From an uncultured Candidatus Peribacteria bacterium (GTDB taxonomy: Bacteria > Patescibacteriota > Gracilibacteria > Peribacterales > Peribacteraceae): a stretch of 64,000 nt of DNA. Both the position numbers and the translations under genes were made by a program. Location: positions 16,903 through 80,902 of the forward strand of contig CAYJSJ010000002.1 in NCBI GenBank assembly GCA_964373065.1. Direction: 5' to 3'. This document shows, piece after piece, positions 46,971 to 55,867 of the stretch (positions within the stretch are counted from its first letter, which is position 1; every line of letters starts with the position of its first letter). Below the pieces are notes generated by a model, which was not told where the DNA came from, ran no database searches, and worked only from the letters and a program-made list of their open reading frames with translations.

Positions 46971-48860
46971 ATGGGAAGCATAGGTACCATTGAGCTGGCC
47001 CCCGTTCTCAAACGTCTTCGCGCAGGAGCATCGTACGATGACAAACGCCTCTCGTGTGCTTTTGCCATAGCGACTTCCGCATATGGGGATGCAGAGCATT
47101 GGACGGGCGAGTCGCTCATCAATCACACACTCGGCATTGTGGAAGAGCTGGCTCCATTCGAACCGGACGAAGACGCTGTCATTGCATGTCTCCTTCACCA
47201 TGTTCTCGAAAAGAAGGCTATGACGCTTGTGGAGCTTGAAACGGAGTTTGGGTCCAAGGTTCGTTCTCTGGTTTCCGGTGTGCATCTTCTCTCCCATGTG
47301 ACACTCGAGGGCAGGAGGCGCTCTATTGAAGATCTTCGCATTATGCTCATCTCTGTTTCCGACGATATCCGCATCTTGTTTATATGTCTTTGCGATCGTG
47401 TGCACTGCTTGAAGTTTGTCGACCGCGCGGAACCGGATCGTGCAAAGAGGCTCTGTCAGGATGTCTTACAACTTTTTGCTCCCGTGGCTTCCCGGCTGGG
47501 TATATACACACTCAAGCATAAGCTCGAGGACTCCGCATTTCCCGTCGTCTATCCAAATGATAGCGAACGGGTCATGAACCAACTGAGGCACGTCCACAGC
47601 GACTACCCGCATTTTTTTGAAAAAGCTGCAGATATGCTCATTACGTTTCTTTCGGAGCAGGGTATACAAGCGACTGTCGACGCTCGCGAAAAACAGCCCT
47701 TTAGTATTTTTCAGAAAATGCATAAGAAGAGCATCACGTCGATCAAAGATATCCATGATCTTTTTGCGTTTCGCGTCATCGTGCCGACGGAAGAAGATTG
47801 TTACCAAGTTCTTGGGCTCCTCCATCGTCTCGGCCGCCCCTTCCCGAACCGATTTAAGGACTACATTGCGTTTCCAAAGCCGAACGGGTACCAGAGCCTT
47901 CATACGACACTAGCAGGACTTGCGGATTTTCCTGATAGTTTTTGTATAGAGGTGCAGATACGCACAGCGTCGATGCATCGTGAAGCGCAGTACGGCGTTG
48001 CGGCACATTGGAGCTACAAGGAACATGGCGCTACAGAGCACGCGATGGAACATGTGCAACTTCACTCGATGCTGTTGCACCAAGAACAGGTGGATGACGA
48101 GACGCAATGTCCGACGTTTGCTGATCACATCTTCGTACTGACCCCGAAGGGAGACATTGTCGAGCTACCCGAGAGCGCGACCCCACTGGATTTCGCGTTT
48201 CAAGTGCATACTGATCTCGGGCTTTCTTTCCGGAACGCACGCGTCAACGGTTCCATCGTTCCGCTCGACTACACTCTGGAAAACGGCGATGTCGTCGAGA
48301 TCCAGAAGCATGCCCGACCGCAACCGTCTTCCCAGTGGATGCAGATGCTCAAGATGGGCTCTTCCCGGAGCAAGTTGCGTCGCTATCTGTACGCACAAGA
48401 CCGCCCGCATCTCATCACAATGGGTAAGGAACTCGTGAATGCGGAACTGCGGAAGCGCGATCTGCCGCTGCTCACCACGGATCTTTCGTTTCTGCGCATC
48501 GTCGACGCGGAGCACCTGACGCATCAGCAGCGTGGAGACGTCTTAATGAAGATAGGACAAGGTGCGGAAAAAGCCGCATCGCTCATGGGACGGGTGCCCC
48601 ATATCCATGATCACCAGCAGAAAGAGACAACCGAAGAACCGCCTGCGGGCAGATTGCGGAGTGGCCATGAACACATAGGTATCGAGGGGAATCTTGCGAT
48701 GCCCCTGCGGTATGCGAAGTGTTGCGCGGCAGAGGAGTGGCCGCGAGAAGCGATCGTCGGAAACATTAACCGCCTCGGAGAGGTGATGATCCATCGGCGC
48801 GGATGTCACATGTTTCAAAACACCAATCCTGCACGGAGGGTGCAGGTGTGGTGGAAGTAA
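46971..48860 (+). CDS. rel: Bifunctional (p)ppGpp synthetase/hydrolase, RelA/SpoT (Rel) family
   Basis: 629-aa ORF with an HD domain, a synthetase domain (FRVIVPTEEDCYQVLG, GYQSLHTT), TGS (VLTPKGDIVELPESATPLDFAF) and a C-terminal ACT-like region. Confidence 0.92.
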   Translation: MGSIGTIELAPVLKRLRAGASYDDKRLSCAFAIATSAYGDAEHWTGESLINHTLGIVEELAPFEPDEDAVIACLLHHVLEKKAMTLVELETEFGSKVRSLVSGVHLLSHVTLEGRRRSIEDLRIMLISVSDDIRILFICLCDRVHCLKFVDRAEPDRAKRLCQDVLQLFAPVASRLGIYTLKHKLEDSAFPVVYPNDSERVMNQLRHVHSDYPHFFEKAADMLITFLSEQGIQATVDAREKQPFSIFQKMHKKSITSIKDIHDLFAFRVIVPTEEDCYQVLGLLHRLGRPFPNRFKDYIAFPKPNGYQSLHTTLAGLADFPDSFCIEVQIRTASMHREAQYGVAAHWSYKEHGATEHAMEHVQLHSMLLHQEQVDDETQCPTFADHIFVLTPKGDIVELPESATPLDFAFQVHTDLGLSFRNARVNGSIVPLDYTLENGDVVEIQKHARPQPSSQWMQMLKMGSSRSKLRRYLYAQDRPHLITMGKELVNAELRKRDLPLLTTDLSFLRIVDAEHLTHQQRGDVLMKIGQGAEKAASLMGRVPHIHDHQQKETTEEPPAGRLRSGHEHIGIEGNLAMPLRYAKCCAAEEWPREAIVGNINRLGEVMIHRRGCHMFQNTNPARRVQVWWK

Positions 48861-48891
48861 CGCTTTCTGGAGGGAGAACCTGTGAACGATA

Positions 48892-50166
48892 CTATAAGAG
48901 CGTCGCAAGCGCGCGTTCGACCTTCGTCTGCCACTTGAGTTGTTCGTATGCCTGTGCACCTTTCTGGTACGCGGGAGCTACTTCCTTCCTCTGCCCTGCG
49001 TCTGCCTTGGCAAGAAAGCCCTCGACGATTTGGTCCATCTCTGCATCGGTCACATCGATGCTCTTTTCTTCCACCAGCTTCTGGATTCCGAGCCGCAATG
49101 TGAGGCGCTTTGTTGCCTGCTCGGCCATTTCCTTCATAAAATCTTCCGGTGGTTTCTTTGTTTTTTGCAGCCACTGTTCCACGGAAAGCTCCTGATGCCT
49201 CAGCTGCTTCGTGAATTCTCCGATGATTTGTTGCCTCTCCTCGTCTATGAGCTCCGGTGCAAGTTCCACTGTCGTGCAGTCGGCGATTTTCTCCAGAAGT
49301 GCACGTTCCTGACGTTGGTGTTCCATTGCTTGTTCCTGCCGGAGCATGGATTCCCGTATCTGTGTTCGAAACTCCTGCTCTGAAGCGGCATTGAGCTCCT
49401 TTTGCACGAAAGTATCCGTGAGCTCCGGTCGTAGAACTTCTTCGATCTTTGTTACCGTAACGTGAAACGTGACGGGCTTTCCCTGCAGCTGCTCTGCATG
49501 GTACTTCGCGGGGAAGGTGAGGGTGAAGTCTGTACTCTCTCCGTTTTTCATGCCGATGAGTGCGTCCTCGAAACCGGGGATGAGCACCTTCGATCCGATC
49601 TTCACCGCATGTCCTTTCGTACGGATGCCGTCAATTTCTTTACCCGATGCGTCGGTGCCGTGGAAATCCATCGTGATCCGATCTCCGCTGTGTGCCGCTC
49701 GATCGACTGTGCGAAACGACGTATGCTTTTCTAGGATGTATTCGACCATCTTCTCCACATCGTCATCTGTCAGCGCGGGTTCTTTTTTTTCAATGGTGAT
49801 CTTCTTGATCCCCTTCAGCGTCACTTCCGGTTTTTCCACGAAGATGATCTTCAGTGTCAGCGGCTCCCGACTCTGAGCTTCCACACGCGGCTGGATGACG
49901 GGCTTGATATCCTGTTCTTTTATAAGTGATTCAAAGACGGATGGAAGCAGGTGGTGAACCGTTTCCTCGAAGAGTTTTTGCGGATGTATTTTCTCGCGCA
50001 TCATGTGTACGGGTGCAGATCCTTTACGGAATCCGGGCAGTTCAATGTTGCGGGAAAGTTCGTGGAGAGCTTTTGCTTCTGCGGGGGCGGTGTCCGCTTC
50101 ATCGAACGTGATTGTGCATTCGATGCGTCCGCCTTTGAGCCGTTTGATGACGGGTGGGAGTGACAT
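48892..50166 (-). CDS. tig: Trigger factor
   Basis: ATG at 50166. LPGFRKGSAPVHMM signature, a central FKBP-like PPIase region, and a C-terminal arm domain. The 90 upstream codons of the track ORF are rejected. Confidence 0.9.
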   Translation of the reverse strand: MSLPPVIKRLKGGRIECTITFDEADTAPAEAKALHELSRNIELPGFRKGSAPVHMMREKIHPQKLFEETVHHLLPSVFESLIKEQDIKPVIQPRVEAQSREPLTLKIIFVEKPEVTLKGIKKITIEKKEPALTDDDVEKMVEYILEKHTSFRTVDRAAHSGDRITMDFHGTDASGKEIDGIRTKGHAVKIGSKVLIPGFEDALIGMKNGESTDFTLTFPAKYHAEQLQGKPVTFHVTVTKIEEVLRPELTDTFVQKELNAASEQEFRTQIRESMLRQEQAMEHQRQERALLEKIADCTTVELAPELIDEERQQIIGEFTKQLRHQELSVEQWLQKTKKPPEDFMKEMAEQATKRLTLRLGIQKLVEEKSIDVTDAEMDQIVEGFLAKADAGQRKEVAPAYQKGAQAYEQLKWQTKVERALATLL

Positions 50167-50191
50167 AGGGGCGGGAAGAACATTCGTTTCT

Positions 50192-51088
50192 TTACTCCTT
50201 CTTCTTCCAATACACGAGAAGCGGCGTTGCGAGGAAGATGGATGAATACGTTCCGAGGATGATGCCGACCGAAAGCGTGAGAACGAACCAACGGATACTT
50301 TCCGCGCCGAGGGCCGCGAGCGCAAGCAGCATAATGAGCGTGGAGCCGCTTGTGTTGATCGAGCGAGAGATACTCTGGCGAAGGCTCCGGTCTGCTGTTT
50401 CGGAAAAGTCCTCCTTGCGTCCTTGGTCGGAGACATTTTCGCGTATGCGGTCGAAGACGATAATAGTGTCGTTTACGGAGTATCCGAGTACGGTCAAGAG
50501 AGCGGTGATAAAGAGCGTATCTACTTCGAAGCTTGAAAACTGTCCGATGACGACGAAGATACCGGTGGTAATAAGGAGATCATGCAGGAGGGTGATGACG
50601 GCGATGATGCCGAAACGCCACGGCGAAAGCCTGCGCGGAACTTTTCGGAATGCGAATGCGATGTACACGATGATGGCAGTCGATGCGATGATGAGTGCCC
50701 AGACCGCCCCCTTTTTGAGCGATGCGCCGACTGTCGGCCCGATGACGGTGAACTGAAGTTCACGGACTGTACCGGCAGATGCGGCAATGTGCTTGAGCAG
50801 TGCAAGGTGCTCCTCATTACTCATGTCGCGCATGCGCAGGAGTACGGTATTGCCCTTTGTTGCGGATAGTGCGACGTTCCCGAGCGGAGGGACACCGGTG
50901 AACGTCTTCACCGCTTCCGCAATATCCCCTTTTGTTTTGCCATCCGGCAGGGAGAGCTCCATGAGCGTGCCTCCCGTGAAATCTATGCTGAGCTTCGGCC
51001 CCGGCCAGACAAGCAAAGCGATGCTGAGGAGCGTCAGCACTGCAGAGAGCGGAACGAAGAACTTCGCGAGTCTGAGGTAGGAAATCAT
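50192..51088 (-). CDS. secF: Protein translocase subunit SecF
   Basis: 298-aa ORF. SIDFTGGT after TM1 and a six-TM layout. Confidence 0.92.
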   Translation of the reverse strand: MISYLRLAKFFVPLSAVLTLLSIALLVWPGPKLSIDFTGGTLMELSLPDGKTKGDIAEAVKTFTGVPPLGNVALSATKGNTVLLRMRDMSNEEHLALLKHIAASAGTVRELQFTVIGPTVGASLKKGAVWALIIASTAIIVYIAFAFRKVPRRLSPWRFGIIAVITLLHDLLITTGIFVVIGQFSSFEVDTLFITALLTVLGYSVNDTIIVFDRIRENVSDQGRKEDFSETADRSLRQSISRSINTSGSTLIMLLALAALGAESIRWFVLTLSVGIILGTYSSIFLATPLLVYWKKKE

Positions 51089-51110
51089 CGTGAGGCGGAG
51101 CCTAACGGGA

Positions 51111-52154
51111 TCAGGGCAGGGAATCCAGCAGTTCCGGCAATTTCTCGTTTCCCCGAAGTGTTACGGTGCAGCGTCCATCTTTCCATAGAGAGGAGAAAAG
51201 CACGGTGCCAGTACCGATCTTTGTTTTTTGTTGTTCTTGGATGAACGCGCCGAAACGTTCCGGAAGTCTTGCGAGATTGATCTCGCCTGCGGTCGTCAGA
51301 ATGCTGCGCTCGTGACGCTGTGGCAGCAGAAGGTTTCTCCGTTCATCCATAGCCGTAAAGAGGAGATCCCTTTCGGTACCGATCAAAAACCTCGTTCCGA
51401 GAGTGGCGGTAAAGAGCCCTTCCTGTGCGGACGTGCCGTACGTTTCACGCAGCGTCCAGCCTTTGTATAGGGTCTGACCCCTATGAATCATTGCATCGTC
51501 GCTTCGGATATCGACGGATGAGAAACGCGAATCGAGCGTTCGTCGTACGATGCGGGAGGAGGAGAGGGTCCCCGCATAGGAGGCATGTAGTGCATCGACG
51601 AGTGTCGCAGATCTGTTGGATGCCGGCAGCGATCCTTCGACGAGTATTCCTCCCGGAGCAGTGAACTGTACGCTCCCCGGCTCTGTAAAGAGGAGTGGAA
51701 GGTCTTGGAGCACACTGATCTCCGTACCGAGTCGCGCAGACAGTGATCGGAGTAACCCCTCGAGTATCGCAGCATCCTCCGGTGTCAGCCCAGCTTGTAC
51801 ATGGGCAAATGACTCCCTTCCATCGCCGAAACTGATGACGGCGAATGCTTCGGGGAGATTGGCGATTTCCTCGGACGCTTGTGCCATCGGTCGCTTAGTG
51901 CACAACGTCGTGACCGTACGTGCACGGTCATCCTTCATAAGGGCATAGGAGCTGCCGCCTCCGGTGAGGTATGCACTGAGTACGCGTAGCATCCATGAGG
52001 CTTGCGGCGGGAGCATTGCCGTTTCTCCGCGTATCCATCGTGATTCTTCGAAGATCCGAAGCCGCTCGGTTCCCATGATGAGCCCGGTAAGGAGAAGCGC
52101 ACTCATGATCATGGCTGCGACTATCAGTGTGGCGACTCGAAAATACTGCTGCAT
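51111..52154 (-). CDS. Hypothetical protein with a single N-terminal TM
   Basis: 347-aa ORF immediately upstream of secF. It has no SecD-type C-terminal TM bundle and no recognised family. Confidence 0.6.
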   Translation of the reverse strand: MQQYFRVATLIVAAMIMSALLLTGLIMGTERLRIFEESRWIRGETAMLPPQASWMLRVLSAYLTGGGSSYALMKDDRARTVTTLCTKRPMAQASEEIANLPEAFAVISFGDGRESFAHVQAGLTPEDAAILEGLLRSLSARLGTEISVLQDLPLLFTEPGSVQFTAPGGILVEGSLPASNRSATLVDALHASYAGTLSSSRIVRRTLDSRFSSVDIRSDDAMIHRGQTLYKGWTLRETYGTSAQEGLFTATLGTRFLIGTERDLLFTAMDERRNLLLPQRHERSILTTAGEINLARLPERFGAFIQEQQKTKIGTGTVLFSSLWKDGRCTVTLRGNEKLPELLDSLP

Positions 52155-52379
52155 AGGATGTAAGCTTATCTACCTCGCACCGGCGTTCCTACGCGTTCTT
52201 TGTACAATAAATGTATTCATACAAGAGTTTTATCCTCTGTCTATCGCAACTTCTTGCACATCGAACATGTTCTGAGTACGATATGCAGATTTACCAAAAC
52301 AGTAAATCCAAAGACACACAAACGGCACGAGGTGCCGGGGCGGGCCCGCCTTCACATACATGATCCTTCACACTAACGC

Positions 52380-52675
52380 GCTTCAACGGAGAGAGGACGG
52401 TGTCCGCCTGAGGCGGATAGCGCCCTCTCTGCTCTGCGATGCCGTTTCATGGAAGAGAGGTCGCTCCATGCGATGCATCCACTCATTCCCCATGGATCCC
52501 TTGGCTTCGGCTTTGTCTTGGATTCTGGTCGGGGGCCTCGTCCGGTAGCGAGGATAAACGAGATACCGAAGCAAGGCAGGGAATAGAGGCCACCTCGCCT
52601 CAGTCATCTCTTGAGCGCTCGTACCTCCCTTCTCTTAGAATAGGTACAGATAGCGTAAGAGGGGTCACATACAAA
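52380..52675 (+). ncRNA. Structured RNA candidate with RNase P RNA-like conserved blocks (boundaries uncertain)
   Basis: ggaagagaggtcgctccatg (52451-52470) resembles the GAGGAAAGUCCGGGCUCCAU block. gataaac-N7-ccgaagcaaggc-N3-gaatagagg (52553-52589) is collinear with GGUAAAC..CCGGAGCAAGGCCAAAUAGGGG. It is followed by a terminator at 52683-52708. The 3' P4 strand could not be placed convincingly by eye. Confidence 0.45.
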
Positions 52676-52682
52676 CAAAAAA

Positions 52683-52708
52683 GGCCAGAGGTAATTCTGG
52701 TCTTTTTT
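52683..52708. terminator. Bidirectional intrinsic terminator
   Basis: ggccaga-ggtaat-tctggtc is flanked by an A-run (52677-52682) and a T-run (52703-52708). Confidence 0.75.
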
Positions 52709-52715
52709 GTAGTTT

Positions 52716-52744
52716 CGCATGGGAAACCTACGGTTTCCCATGCG
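52716..52744. other. Perfect 13-bp hairpin
   Basis: cgcatgggaaacc-tac-ggtttcccatgcg. Confidence 0.8.
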
Positions 52745-52782
52745 GAACCCCTTCCCTCTTAATGGAGTGCCTCCAGAGTGGC

Positions 52783-52890
52783 AAAGCCACTCTTCGGCAC
52801 ATTTATTTATTTATTGGAGGAAGTTCCTCTTGTCATTACACTCGTAAAGCCACTCTTCGGCACATTTATTGGAGGTAGTTCTTCTTGTCA
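52783..52890. repeat. Tandem duplication (63-nt period) of a promoter-like unit
   Basis: aaagccactcttcggcacatttatt(tatttatt)ggagg(a/t)agttc(c/t)tcttgtca at 52783-52835 and 52846-52890. On the minus strand each unit reads (T/A)TGACA-N16-ATAAAT. Confidence 0.8.
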
Positions 52891-52922
52891 ATGCGCTAGC
52901 AAAGCACGTCTTTGTGATACGT

Positions 52923-54248
52923 TCATTTCTTCAATGCATCCAACTGTTCTTGGAGACCGGGAAATTTCGGGTTGATCTCCAGTGCCTTCTCGAATGCTAT
53001 GCGAGCGTCCTCTGTTTTTCCAAGCTGTGCCGCCACGGTGCCAAGCAGGGAATAGGCACCTGCGTCTTCGGGCCATTTCTTCGTTGCTTCTATTGCCTTT
53101 ACCAGTGCTTCTTCCGGGCGGCCGAGAGAAGCAGCCGCTGTGACGAAGCCCTCGTACGCTTCTATAGACGCCTGCGGATCGTCGGTCAGCGCTTCGTACT
53201 GGTCGAGGGCGAGGCCGGCGTTACCGATCTCGAGAGCGTACCGCGCAATGAGGCGTCGCACTTCGGCCTGCGGCACAAACCCATTTGTCAGTGCGTACTC
53301 AAAGAAGGTAATCGCGTTTTGTACCTCGTGCATGGCGGCGTAGGCGCGTGCGAGGAAATACTGGATCTCGGGTTTCTGCGGGTCGAGTGCGTAGGCGTGT
53401 TCCAAGGAAGCGAGGGACTGCTCGGTGCGTTCTGTCACGAGCTCGCAATACCCTTGCACGATCCATGCGTCGCGGTAATCGTCTTTCACGGAAGTCACCT
53501 GAACGAGGAGCGGGAGTGCCAATTCGCATTCCTGCACCTGCGCTAGCGCTCGGGAGATGAGCGTGATCAGGTGCGCATCTGCCCCGTCGGGAAAGAGCGC
53601 AAATTCGTCGTACGCCGCCCTGAGCGTCCGGGCATTACTGCGCAGAACAGGATCCCAGCCTTCCGCAGTGAGCGTCAGCTCTTGCATTGCCTGTTCATGA
53701 TTCCCTTGGATGAGGGCAAGGAGTGCAAACCCGTAGTGCTGCTGCGGAGAATCTTCCGCGCTTTCGAGAAGAGTGCGTGCTGCCACAAGTTCTCCGGTTC
53801 TCAGATGGATGATCACTTCCAGAAGCACGATGTCTTCCGGGCGTGCACCTGCATTCTTCATGTTCCTGAGCGTTTCACGAATGCCTTTCATGTTTCTTCG
53901 TTGCAGCTGCGCTTGTGCGAGTTTCCGCAGCGCGGGGAGCCCTGCTCCTTCTTGTACCGCTTCTGCGTATGCCTGTTCAGCGTCCTGCCATTCCCCCCGT
54001 AGCGCAAAGAGATCTCCTTCCCTGAGCCGCAGCAGCGCAAGGTCTTGCGTTGCAACGACGGTATCGGAGAACAGTGCGGGTCCGGTACCCGGCAGTGTAA
54101 ACTCTTGCAATGTTCTTCCGCTTGCCATGAGTGTCGATTGCGTCAGCTGCCACCAGAGAAATACCATCAGTAATCCGGCACAAACCGTTGCGAGCGCGAT
54201 AGGAGCTATAATGCGTACGGGGATTTTCATACGGTAGCAGCGTACCAT
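52923..54248 (-). CDS. Membrane-anchored tetratricopeptide (TPR) repeat protein
   Basis: 441-aa ORF with an N-terminal TM, then many 34-aa TPR-like units (W..A...Y..A pattern). Confidence 0.8.
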   Translation of the reverse strand: MVRCYRMKIPVRIIAPIALATVCAGLLMVFLWWQLTQSTLMASGRTLQEFTLPGTGPALFSDTVVATQDLALLRLREGDLFALRGEWQDAEQAYAEAVQEGAGLPALRKLAQAQLQRRNMKGIRETLRNMKNAGARPEDIVLLEVIIHLRTGELVAARTLLESAEDSPQQHYGFALLALIQGNHEQAMQELTLTAEGWDPVLRSNARTLRAAYDEFALFPDGADAHLITLISRALAQVQECELALPLLVQVTSVKDDYRDAWIVQGYCELVTERTEQSLASLEHAYALDPQKPEIQYFLARAYAAMHEVQNAITFFEYALTNGFVPQAEVRRLIARYALEIGNAGLALDQYEALTDDPQASIEAYEGFVTAAASLGRPEEALVKAIEATKKWPEDAGAYSLLGTVAAQLGKTEDARIAFEKALEINPKFPGLQEQLDALKK

Positions 54249-54869
54249 TTATTCAATCGACGGGCTCATCTCACCGTCTCGGTCTTTTTTCGACCTGCCA
54301 CCGACAGTGGCTTTGGCGGAAGCTTCCGAAATATGTTTCGGGATCACCGCTTCTATTCCTCCCCACGATGCGTCCATGTCTTCAGGGAGGAGTATCGTCA
54401 CTTGGTCGCCGACTTCCGCGCGATAAAATGTGACGGAGGCCAGAAGGACTCGGTAGACCTTGCCTTCGGCTAGTACTTTGTATTGGCCATCTTCCTGGAT
54501 GAGCACGCCGACCACTGTTCTTCGCCGCACCGGTGCGATCTGTTTATAGATGAATTTTCCCTCATCAGTAATCGTCAGTTTCATGCCGTCTCCTTCAACA
54601 AGTTTGCTCTTGCTCGCGTAGTTTGCCGGAACAGGGTAGCCCTGGCCGGAAGCATCAATCATGTTTTGGCCGTCGAAGATGCCTTCGACAACTTTGCCTT
54701 CGATACTTGTTCCGGCTCTGCCTGCAGTGATGTTTGCTCGGGAAATATGCCGCTCACGATCCGTATCTGCCACACCTGTCAAATCGCGCAGCAGTGAATT
54801 CGCAGTTTTTAAGTTGGATGTCGCCGTTTCCAGAAGTTCCTGAATGTGGAGAAGCTTGTCGTCGGACAT
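54249..54869 (-). CDS. Hypothetical protein
   Basis: ATG at 54869 gives a 206-aa product (MSDDKLLHIQELLE...). Its stop abuts the TPR gene start. No family recognised. Confidence 0.6.
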   Translation of the reverse strand: MSDDKLLHIQELLETATSNLKTANSLLRDLTGVADTDRERHISRANITAGRAGTSIEGKVVEGIFDGQNMIDASGQGYPVPANYASKSKLVEGDGMKLTITDEGKFIYKQIAPVRRRTVVGVLIQEDGQYKVLAEGKVYRVLLASVTFYRAEVGDQVTILLPEDMDASWGGIEAVIPKHISEASAKATVGGRSKKDRDGEMSPSIE

Positions 54870-54876
54870 GTGGTAT

Positions 54877-55863
54877 TTATGAAAGGGGATGAACGGAGAC
54901 GTGGAGAGGAGTTTTTGTAAGCCTTTTCCTGATCTCTGTGTCTCTGAGCAAGCCGGTCTGGGCGCCAATCGCCCCCACCACACTCGCCGCCTGTATACTA
55001 CCCGCTTCCATAGCTTCTTTCAAGCTAAATCCGTTCAGAAGTGCCCACGTGGCACCGGTGCCGAATGCATCACCCGCGCCGGTCGTATCCACGATGGTAG
55101 TGCCTTCCACCACGGGACAGCGGTAGAGGTACTGACCGTCACTTGCCATACTTCCGCGCTTTCCATCGGTGACGACGACGTTTTTTACGCCTGCTACAAG
55201 CAGACAGGAAATGGCCTCCTCAGATGTTTCACTCTTTGTGAATGCAAGCACTTCTTCTTTATTCAGAAGCAGGAGATTTGTGTACTTGAGGAGATCAATA
55301 GTATTTTTTGGTTCCATACCCTTGTCTATCTGGCAGCCACCGGGGTTCCATGTCAGACCGGTCTTGTCTGTTTTCAGCATCTCTACGATGTCATCTTGGA
55401 TCACGCAGCTCTCCTCCTGCACATGGTTGAAGTACACCCAATCCATCGATTCGATCATCCGTTTGTCAAAGGTTGCCTTATGCAGATGTGCATTGGTGCC
55501 CGGTTCGTAGAGGATGACGCGCTCGCCAGAACCGCCTGAGAGAATGATGGAGAAGCTGCTGACCTCACCTTCGACGACGGTCACGCAATCGGTGTTTACA
55601 TTCTGCTTCAAAAGATTTTCGATCAGCTTTTGCCCCCATTGATCCGACCCTACCACTCCTTCAAATGCGGCATCACACCCTAAGCGCGCAAGGCCAACAG
55701 CCGTGTTACATGCACCTCCGCCGCAGGTTTCGAGGATGTCCTCCACCCGGATCTTTGCTCCGAACGGCATGGTGAGCGCGTCGGCGGATTCGCCGAACGT
55801 ACCCGGAAGTCGGACGAAGAGATCGTAGGTCGCGCCTCCGATGGAAAACGTTCTCTTTTGCAT
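54877..55863 (-). CDS. PfkB-family carbohydrate/nucleoside kinase
   Basis: 328-aa ORF. GGGACNTAVGLARLG and DTTGAGDAFGTG motifs. Confidence 0.88.
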   Translation of the reverse strand: MQKRTFSIGGATYDLFVRLPGTFGESADALTMPFGAKIRVEDILETCGGGACNTAVGLARLGCDAAFEGVVGSDQWGQKLIENLLKQNVNTDCVTVVEGEVSSFSIILSGGSGERVILYEPGTNAHLHKATFDKRMIESMDWVYFNHVQEESCVIQDDIVEMLKTDKTGLTWNPGGCQIDKGMEPKNTIDLLKYTNLLLLNKEEVLAFTKSETSEEAISCLLVAGVKNVVVTDGKRGSMASDGQYLYRCPVVEGTTIVDTTGAGDAFGTGATWALLNGFSLKEAMEAGSIQAASVVGAIGAQTGLLRDTEIRKRLTKTPLHVSVHPLS

Positions 55864-55867
55864 GAAC

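Noticed and set aside
52155-52922. tmRNA or SRP RNA in the large non-coding region
   Set aside because: On either strand there is no tRNA-like T-arm (GGTTCGAxTCC), no CCA-ending acceptor pairing, and no SRP domain IV motif (GGAA tetraloop with flanking AGCA/GGAAG).
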